In this document: in pieces, positions 1-5,779 of the stretch
Layout of the letters: every line of letters starts with the position of its first letter
Position numbering within the stretch: position 1 is the stretch's first letter
Assembly (NCBI GenBank): GCA_000388065.2
Contig: KB932241.1
Origin: Fonticula alba ATCC 38817
Taxonomy: Eukaryota; Protista; Nucleariida
Reading direction: 5' to 3' (one strand)
DNA: 6,423 nucleotides
The notes under the pieces: generated by a model
The model's database searches: none
The model's input: the letters and a program-made list of their open reading frames with translations, nothing else
Told to the model about the DNA's origin: nothing
Made by a program: the position numbers and the translations under genes

Positions 1-34
1 GGGCGTGTGGAGCGGCGCGGGGGCAAGAGGACAC

Positions 35-52
35 GGGGGGGGGGGGGGGGGG
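35..52 (+). repeat. G18 homopolymer in the downstream flank
   Basis: Direct count. Confidence 0.9.
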
Positions 53-157
53 CAAGGTCGAGGTAGGGGAAAGTGCATGGCGCTCGGGTGAGACACGCGC
101 GCGGGGCGCGAGCCCTTTTCGCCCACGACCGATCCCGCGTGTCCGCCGCGCTCCCTG

Positions 158-213
158 CCCCTCGCCCCTCGCCCTCGCCCGAATCCTAGATCTCGCTGCC
201 CGCCCGCCCGCCC
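158..213 (+). repeat. Short C-rich tandem repeats in the 3' flank: cctcgc(c) x~3 and (gccc)4
   Basis: cccctcgcccctcgccctcgccc at ~158-180; gcccgcccgcccgccc at 198-213. Confidence 0.75.
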
Positions 214-356
214 GCGCCAGCTCCCCTTTGTGTGCGCGGGCGCCGACCGGCGCCGGGGCGGGGCCACACGCCCGGGGGCACGGCCGCGCCCAACGCATCC
301 GAGTGCCGACGCATCGGCGCCGGGAGGCAATGCCATTTTGTGCCGAGCTTCTGGGG

Positions 357-362
357 TATATT
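357..362 (-). promoter_or_regulatory. Possible polyadenylation element (AATATA) in the ADA3 3' UTR
   Basis: Lies in the only locally AT-richer patch (~329-370), ~90 nt downstream of the stop. It is an AATAAA variant; the positional argument is the only support. Confidence 0.25.
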
Positions 363-453
363 GTGAAGGGAGATCCTGCGTGCTGGCCAGGGCGGCCGTG
401 CTGGACCGATATGGGGGGCGGGGGACACGGCGGCCGCCGGCACGCCGCCGGCC

Positions 454-3400
454 TCAGAGCGGGGCGCCCGGGGCGCCGGCGGCCGACGAGCCGCCCAAGC
501 TGCTGGGCAGCGGGTTGGCCCCGGGGCCGCCGTAGTAGCCGCTGTTGGCGGCGGCCAGCAAGTCGCTGACCCCTTGCGAGGAGAGGCCCAGCGCCGGGGG
601 GGGCCCGGCACCGGCAGCCGAGGCCGGGGAGGCACGCGCATCGACCGTCGCCGGGGCGCCCGGGCGCCGGGGCCGGCCGGCCTGCGTCAGTGCCTCCACC
701 GAGGCCAGCATCCCGGCGATGTCCTGGCTGCTGTGGATGCCGCGCCGCGGGCGCCGGGTCCCGGCCCCGAAGAGGCCGGTGGTCTGGGCGCGTGCCACGG
801 CCCCGGGGTCCGGGGCCAGGCCGGCCGCCGGGGCGCCCGCCGGGCGCTTGCGGTCGCCCCGGCCCGAGGACGAGGGGCTGCCGGAGGGCGCGGCGGACGA
901 GGGGGTCGCCGGGTCGGCCGGCTCGGGCGAGTGGTCGCCCGGGCCGGGGGCCGGCGGGGCGTCGCCCGGGCCGCCCGGCCCGGGGCCGGTGGCCGGCTCG
1001 GGCTTGATGGGCCCGGCCGGGGTCGCCGGCGACCGGGGGCCCGGAGTGTCCCCGGCCCCGGCGGCGCCATCCTCCGGGTCCGGATCCGGGCCCGGGTCCT
1101 CCTCGTCGGTCAGTGGACAGCCGGCGGCCAGGGCGGTGGCCGTGTGGAAGGCCGCGGCGGTGGCCGCGCCGGCCAGCAGCCCGCCGGCCGCCATGCCGGT
1201 CGGCACGCCGGCCTGCGCCAGGGTGCCCAGCACATCGGGATTGGCCAGCCCGGCGAAGGACCCGGCAAAGACACTCGAGCAGGGGACATCGGCGCTGGGG
1301 AGGTCGGTCCGGCGGCGGTAGCATGTCGGGGCGCCCGGGCCCGGGGCCGGGGACGGCTCGGCCGGGGCACCCGCCGCGGCCGGGCTGTCGGCACGCTCGG
1401 CCAGCCGGTGCGCGTCGGCCACCGGGTCCGACCCCACCGGCAGCGGGCACAGGGTGCCCATGTTGAAGGTGGTGGCCCGCCAGCCGGCCTGCTGCAGGCG
1501 GTAGGCCGTGGTGGCCGGCAGTGGCTCCGGCACGGCCGACCCCCCGTCACGCCGGATGAGGTTCGGCACCGGCGGCTGGCGCAGCGGGATGCGGAAGGCC
1601 TCCGGGTGGGGGAACACATGGCGCAGGCGCAGCGGGAGCTCCTCCGACCGGAGGATGGCCAGGCGCAGGTCCTCGCTGAGGGGCCGCGAGGCGCGGGCGG
1701 CGGCCGCGGCCCCGCCCCGGCCGGCGCCCTTGCGCCCGCCCCGGCCCCCGGTCGGCCGATACCGCGTCACATAGCCCCGCTCGATTTGCCCATGCAGCTC
1801 GGCCATCAGCTCCTCGAAGTCCTGGTAGGCCATGTGCGCCAGGGCCAGCGACCGGAGCCGCGCACGGCGGGCATTGTTCAGGGCCACCTGCCGCCGGAGG
1901 AGCGGCTGCAGGACGCGCAACTGCGCGGCGATCTCGTCATCCGCGCACTCGGCCAGCGACCGGGACAGCGGAGTGGCGCGCGGGGGGCCGGCCTCCGGCC
2001 GGGCCTCGACCGGCTCCCCCTCCGAGTGCAGGTCCTCGCGCTCCAGCAGCCCGCAGGCCACCAGCTCCCGGCAGAGGCGCTGCTCCAGGCTGTCCATGCC
2101 CGGGGCGGGGAGGGGGGGCGACGCCGCGGGCCCGCCCGGCGCCCGGCCCCCGCCCGGCGCCCCCAGGAAGGAGGGCAGCGCCCCGAGGGCCAGCGGCGGC
2201 GGCTCGGCCGGGGCCGACCCAGCCGGCGGGCAGCCGGCCCGCGTGCCGGCCCCCGCGGCATTCCCCCCGGCCCCGGGGCCCGGGCCGATGCCCGTGCTGC
2301 CGGGGCCCGCGGCCGCCGGCCGCCGGAGCACCATGCCCGCCTCGTCCACCAGGTACCCGTGGCGCTCGAGCCCGGCCCGGGCCAGCTGCACCGAGCCGAG
2401 ATTCTGCACCACGGCCTTGCTCAGCAGGGCCGCCGCACTGGACGGGAAGTACGAGGGGAAGGGATTGAAGGAGAAGGTGCGCCCGGCATGGGCCGGGGTG
2501 ACCCACGCATCGCCCGGGCCGCCGGCCGCCGCATGGTCCGGCCCGGCCCCGGCCCCGGGCCCGGCCCCGGGCCCGGCCCCGGGCCCGGCCAGCAGGTGGT
2601 CCTCGGCCGGGTGGTGGCCCGGGTCCCCGGGGCCAGGCCGGCCGGCCAGTCGGCTACGCCCGGCCGCCCCGCTGCCGGGTCCGCCGGGCCCGGCCGCGTC
2701 GCCGCCGGGCCCGGGGCCGCCGGCACGGGCGCCGCCCCGGCCGCCCCGGTGGCCGCCCCGGCCGCCGCGCCCGCTCGGGGCCGACGTCCGCCGGCTGGAG
2801 GACGCCCCGCGGCCGGACTTTTGGCTGGCCCCGGGATGGCCCCCGGTGGCCCCGGTGGACTTCATGCCGCCGGTGGCCCCGGGCCCCGGGGTGACGACGG
2901 CCCCCGAGCCGGCATCCCCCTCGTCGTCGTGCTCCTGCTCCCCCTCCTCCTCCCCCTCGATGTCCGAGGGGCCGAGGCTGGACGCGCGCGACAGGGCCCC
3001 GCTCCGGGTGCCGGCCGGGCCCCGGACCGGCGTCGACAGCCCGGAGTCCGGCGCGCTGTCATCGTGCGGCGGCCGGTCCGAGGAGTTGGCCGCCCCGGAG
3101 CGCGACGACGAGGAGGCCGACCCGGAGGCCGGGTGCTTGGGCGGGGCCCCCTTGCCGCCGGGGCGCCCGCCGGGCCCCCGGGCCGACGGCGTCCCCGGCC
3201 CCGAGGGAGCCCCCTGGTCGTCCGAGTGCGAGGAGAACCCCCCGATGTCGCTGAGGTGCTGCGGGCCCGGCCCGCCCGGGCCATTGTCCTCGGACCCGGA
3301 CGACGAGCTGGACGACGAGAAGGATGTCGAGGAGAAGGCCGACGAGGACCCGGCCGCCGGCGGGTCGACGCCCTCCGGCCGCCCGGGGCCGGCGAACAGC

Positions 3401-4774
3401 CGCGCCCCGCCGGCCGGCAGGGCCTCCGACAGCCGCCCGCCCGAGGGGGCCGCCCCCCCGCGCGACCCGTCCCCCGGCCCGGCGGCCTCCGAGTCACTCA
3501 GGTCCGACCCGCCGTCCGAGTCGACATCGGCGTCGGCCTCGTCGTCCGGGCCGGCGCCGCCGGGGCCGGCTCCCGGCCCCGGGGTCCCGGGCAGCCGCGC
3601 CGGCCGCCCCCCGGACTGCTCGTCATCCAGGAAGGCGTCCAGCTCGGAGTGCGCCCCCTCGCCATCCGACCCGGAGGACCCGGAGCCGGAATCGTACGGC
3701 AGCAGCAGGCCCTCCTGCAGGAGCGAGCACATCAGCCGCTCGGCCAGGCAGGCCGCCTCGGCCAGGGGGGCCTCGGCCAGGGGCGCGTCGGCCGGGGCCG
3801 GCCCCCCGGAGCCCGCCTCGGCCCCGGCAGGCACGGCAATTTGCCCCAGGGCACCGAGGTAGCCCTGCCGGCGGAGGGCCGCCTGCTCGGCAATTTCCCC
3901 CGGCAGGAGCTGCTCCCCGATGCCGGGCGAGGTACCGAGGGAGTGGAGCGCCTGGTGCAGTGGCTCGGCCGCCGCCGGGGGGGGGGCGTCGCCGGGCTGC
4001 GCCGGGGGGCCCGGCTTCCGGGCGTCCCCGGCGGCCGGGTGGTCGGCGCGCCCCGCCCCGGCCCCCTGCCACACGTCCAGGTAGAAGGGCCCGAGCTCCG
4101 GCACCACATACGGGCTGGGGTCATGCTCGCCGGCCGGCTCCAGCAGGGCCAGCTCCCGGTCCCCGAGCGGGGCAAAGTACGGCTCGTAGGACTTGGTGAA
4201 GGCCTCGATCTTGACCGAGTGCACCCGCAGCCGGCTGAGGGCCACCTGCTCATCGGCCAGGGCCTGGTCCAGGGCCTGGGTCGCGCGCAAGATCGACCCC
4301 TTGGGGGCCGGCGGCCGCGGGCAGGCGGCTGGCCGGTCGCCCGGGGGCTCGGTCCCCGGGGTGGCCGCCGCCGCCAGCGGGGCTGCTGCCGCCGCCGCCG
4401 CCGCCGCCAGGCCAGCATCCTCGGCTTTGGTGTCGGCCTCGGTGTCGGCCTCGGTCATGGTGGCCGCGGCGGCGGCGGCGGCGGCCGTGGTCGCGGCGCT
4501 ATTCGGCCGCGAGGGCGGCCGGCCGCGACCGCGTCGAGCCTTTGGCATGCCGGCATCCGACTCGCCGGGCGCCTGGCCACCGGTCGGGCCTGGCCCCCCG
4601 CCGGCCGGGAGCCCCGCCTTGCGGAGGGCCCCCGATGGGGAAGCCGACCGCGCTGGTGCCGCGGCGTCCGGGCGCCCGGGCTCCGCCTTGATGCTGGCAT
4701 CGCCGCCGGAGCCCGGCCAGGACCCGGGCCCCTCGGCCAGGGGCTCTTCCCCCTCGGAGGACGTATACCCGTCC
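454..4774 (-). CDS. ADA3: ADA3/TADA3/NGG1-like SAGA HAT-module adaptor, terminal exon 5 (4321 nt; TGA at 456-454)
   Basis: Four Ada3-family blocks occur in the expected order: VKIEAFTKSYEPYFAPLGDRELALLE...PYVVPELGPFYLDVW, LAERLMCSLLQEGLL, SLEQRLCRELVACGLLERED and DDEIAAQLRVLQ...NNARRARL...AYQDFEELMAELHGQIERGYVTRYR. From recalled family knowledge these match human TADA3 (FWASVEPY...YKIPPLGKHYSQRW; LTQRLLQALVEE; SLESRIKEELIAQGLLESED; EDEVLAELR) and yeast Ngg1 (AWQEY...LDKQIDQAYIKR). The 5' boundary is set by acceptor CAG at 4777-4775. The ORF-track start at 4794 is TTG, with an in-frame TAG at 4842-4840. Confidence 0.9.
1609..2091 (-). other. ADA3: C-terminal half of the Ada3 domain (helical/coiled-coil region)
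   Basis: SLEQRLCRELVACGLL, DDEIAAQLR...YVTRYR, a basic Gly/Arg linker and a final helix EDLRLAILR...RHVFP, matching the recalled family layout. Confidence 0.85.
2548..2590 (-). repeat. 12-bp coding tandem repeat (cccggccccggg x ~3.6) encoding (GPGA)n
   Basis: Exact units at 2548-2559, 2560-2571 and 2572-2583, plus a partial unit at 2584-2590. Confidence 0.85.
3701..4230 (-). other. ADA3: N-terminal half of the Ada3 domain
   Basis: EPYF...PELGPFYLDVW block (4230-4069) and LAERLMCSLLQE block (3756-3701). Confidence 0.85.
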
Positions 4775-4928
4775 CTGACACGCCGGGGAGCCAATGGAGG
4801 GGCGAAGAAGGAGAGAGAGAGAGAGAGGGGGGGGGTCAGCTAGCGGGCGAGCGAGCGAGCGGGCAGGAGAGACGCCCCACGGCGCGGGCAAGCAGGAAGG
4901 GGCCGACGCAAAGATGCGACCCACGCAC
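4775..4928 (-). other. Spliceosomal intron 4 (154 nt, GT-AG, phase 2)
   Basis: GTGCGT donor, branch CTGAC at 4839-4835, then C9-(CT)8-CCTTCTTC tract. The first AG after the branch is 4776-4775. Confidence 0.8.
4811..4835 (+). repeat. (GA)8 microsatellite plus G9, forming the pyrimidine tract of intron 4 on the minus strand
   Basis: gagagagagagagaga at 4811-4826, then G9 at 4827-4835. Confidence 0.9.
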
Positions 4929-5198
4929 AGGGACGAGGTGGCCGAGTAGCGCCGGCGCTTGGGGGTCGACTCGCCGGAGGCGGCGCCGGAGCCGCTGCGC
5001 CGACGCCCACGCCCGGGCGCATGTGTCTGAAGCAGCGGGGCCGCCGCGGCCGCGGTCGTCGTCGCGGTTGCGGGCCCCGAGGGGGGTGTCCCCGCGGCCG
5101 AAGCCGCCGAGGTTCCCCCGGAGGTGGCTGCCGGGGGCGCGCCGATGGGGGCCGCCCCACCAGCCGCCGAGGATGACCCGGCCGCCGATGTCAGCTCC
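4929..5198 (-). CDS. ADA3: ADA3 exon 4 (270 nt, phase 2-2); Ala/Gly/Ser/Thr-rich, ends in NLS-like TPKRRRY
   Basis: Bounded by acceptor cacacAG (5200-5199) and donor GTGCGT (4928-4923). The reading ELTSAAG...ESTPKRRRYSATSS-CT joins the G at 4774 to give L-D-G-Y, in frame with exon 5. Confidence 0.75.
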
Positions 5199-5289
5199 CT
5201 GTGTGGGGGGTCGCCGAGAGAGGCGGGGGGGGGGGGGGGGGGGGGGGGGGACAGGGGGGGGGGGGGGGGGGGCCGCAGGGGGGGGGCAG

Positions 5290-5336
<47 letters not shown>

Positions 5337-5415
5337 TATATGGCAGCGCGATGGTCAGTGCACCGCAAGGAGGGAGGCCATGTGCAAGCGGGGGGGGGGG
5401 AGGGGATGCGCGCAC
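5199..5415 (-). other. Spliceosomal intron 3 (217 nt, GT-AG, phase 2) with very long poly-C tract
   Basis: GTGCGC donor, branch aCTGAC at 5358-5354, and no AG dinucleotide between the branch and 5200-5199. Confidence 0.65.
5225..5335 (+). repeat. Compound poly-G tract (G26, G19, G9, G45) inside intron 3; poly-C in the pre-mRNA
   Basis: Direct count: 5225-5250, 5254-5272, 5278-5286 and 5291-5335. Interruptions are aca, ccgca and cagc. Homopolymer lengths may be imprecise in the assembly. Confidence 0.9.
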
Positions 5416-5497
5416 CCGGAGAAGGAGGGGAGCATGCCCAGGGCCGAGGTGGTGATGCCACCGTGTGGCGCCTTCCAGCGCCGCGGGGGGAAGCCAT
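5416..5497 (-). CDS. ADA3: ADA3 exon 3 (82 nt, phase 1-2): (D)GFPPRRWKAPHGGITTSALGMLPSFS(G)
   Basis: Acceptor gcAG (5499-5498) and donor GTGCGC (5415-5410). Stop-free, and the phases fit exon 2 upstream and exon 4 downstream. Inferred from splice logic, not homology. Confidence 0.55.
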
Positions 5498-5625
5498 CTG
5501 CGCATGGCCCAAGTGCCGAGCGAGGGGCCGGGGGAGGAGGGGGGGGGGCGACAAAACGGAGGCGGGGGGCTGGTTAGCGGACGGCGTCGGCACACTCGCA
5601 CGGGCCACACCGCGAGCATACGCAC
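5498..5625 (-). other. Spliceosomal intron 2 (128 nt, GT-AG, phase 1)
   Basis: GTGCGT donor, branch gCTAAC at 5577-5573, C-rich tract and acceptor CAG at 5500-5498. Confidence 0.55.
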
Positions 5626-5651
5626 CAGACTCGAAGCGCGCCTGGCTGGCC
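5626..5651 (-). CDS. ADA3: ADA3 exon 2, 26-nt micro-exon (phase 2-1): (A)ASQARFES(D)
   Basis: Acceptor gtgTAG (5654-5652) is the first usable AG after branch CTGAC 5692-5688. Donor GTGCGT is at 5625-5620. Phases match both neighbours. Confidence 0.5.
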
Positions 5652-5779
5652 CTACACGGCCAGGGCCACGGATCCGCACACGGGGCTGTCAGACAGGCGT
5701 CGGGAGAGGAAAGAGGCGAGGAGAGCGAGACAGTGGGGGGGGGGGGGGGGCAGGGCGCAGGGTGCAGAGGGGGGCGTAC
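5652..5779 (-). other. Spliceosomal intron 1 (128 nt, GT-AG, phase 2)
   Basis: GTACGC donor, C16 and CT-rich tract, branch CTGAC at 5692-5688 and acceptor TAG at 5654-5652. Read-through from exon 1 hits TGA at 5691-5689. Confidence 0.6.
5735..5750 (+). repeat. G16 homopolymer in intron 1
   Basis: Direct count. Shorter G11 (5390-5400) and G10 (5539-5548) runs lie in introns 3 and 2. Confidence 0.9.

Noticed and set aside
230-330. Small GC-rich hairpins and palindromes (e.g. ccgacgcatcgg) as an ncRNA or terminator
   Set aside because: Short stems are expected by chance at ~80% GC. There is no tRNA cloverleaf, U-tail or known ncRNA motif.
186-641. Short ORFs at the 3' end (186..641 -, 228..569 +, 230..535 +)
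   Set aside because: They overlap the ADA3 stop and 3' UTR, show no recognisable motifs, and their lengths are within chance expectation at this GC content.
1832-3862. 676-aa plus ORF and the many other 85-430 aa overlapping ORFs (e.g. 545..1321, 3324..4199, 4193..4843, 5124..6410)
   Set aside because: Shadow frames of a high-GC coding region where stop codons are rare. All are low-complexity with no family motifs.
3300-4490. Ser-codon run (~3300-3350), (gcc)n Ala runs (~4365-4410, 4465-4490), PLAEA x2 (~3755-3785) and TEAD x2 (~4430-4455) repeats as CRISPR-like or mobile repeats
   Set aside because: These are in-frame coding slippage repeats with no constant repeat-spacer periodicity, terminal inverted repeats or target-site duplications.
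4775-4794. ORF-track start 'MAPRRVR' of the 1446-aa ORF
   Set aside because: The codon is TTG, lying between the pyrimidine tract and acceptor of intron 4. The first in-frame ATG (4548) would discard the N-terminal Ada3-like helix in exon 1.
574-5577. 1667-aa plus-strand ORF antisense to ADA3
   Set aside because: It starts at TTG and is codon-in-register with exon 5. It stays open simply because exon 5 uses no TTA, CTA or TCA codons over 574-4774, as expected at very high GC3. The rest crosses T-poor G-rich introns. The product is Arg/Gly/Ala/Pro noise with no recognisable domain.
5652-5779. Introns 1 and 2 have the identical length of 128 nt (possible duplication or introner element)
   Set aside because: I see no sequence similarity or terminal inverted repeats between them, and their branch positions differ, so this is probably coincidence.
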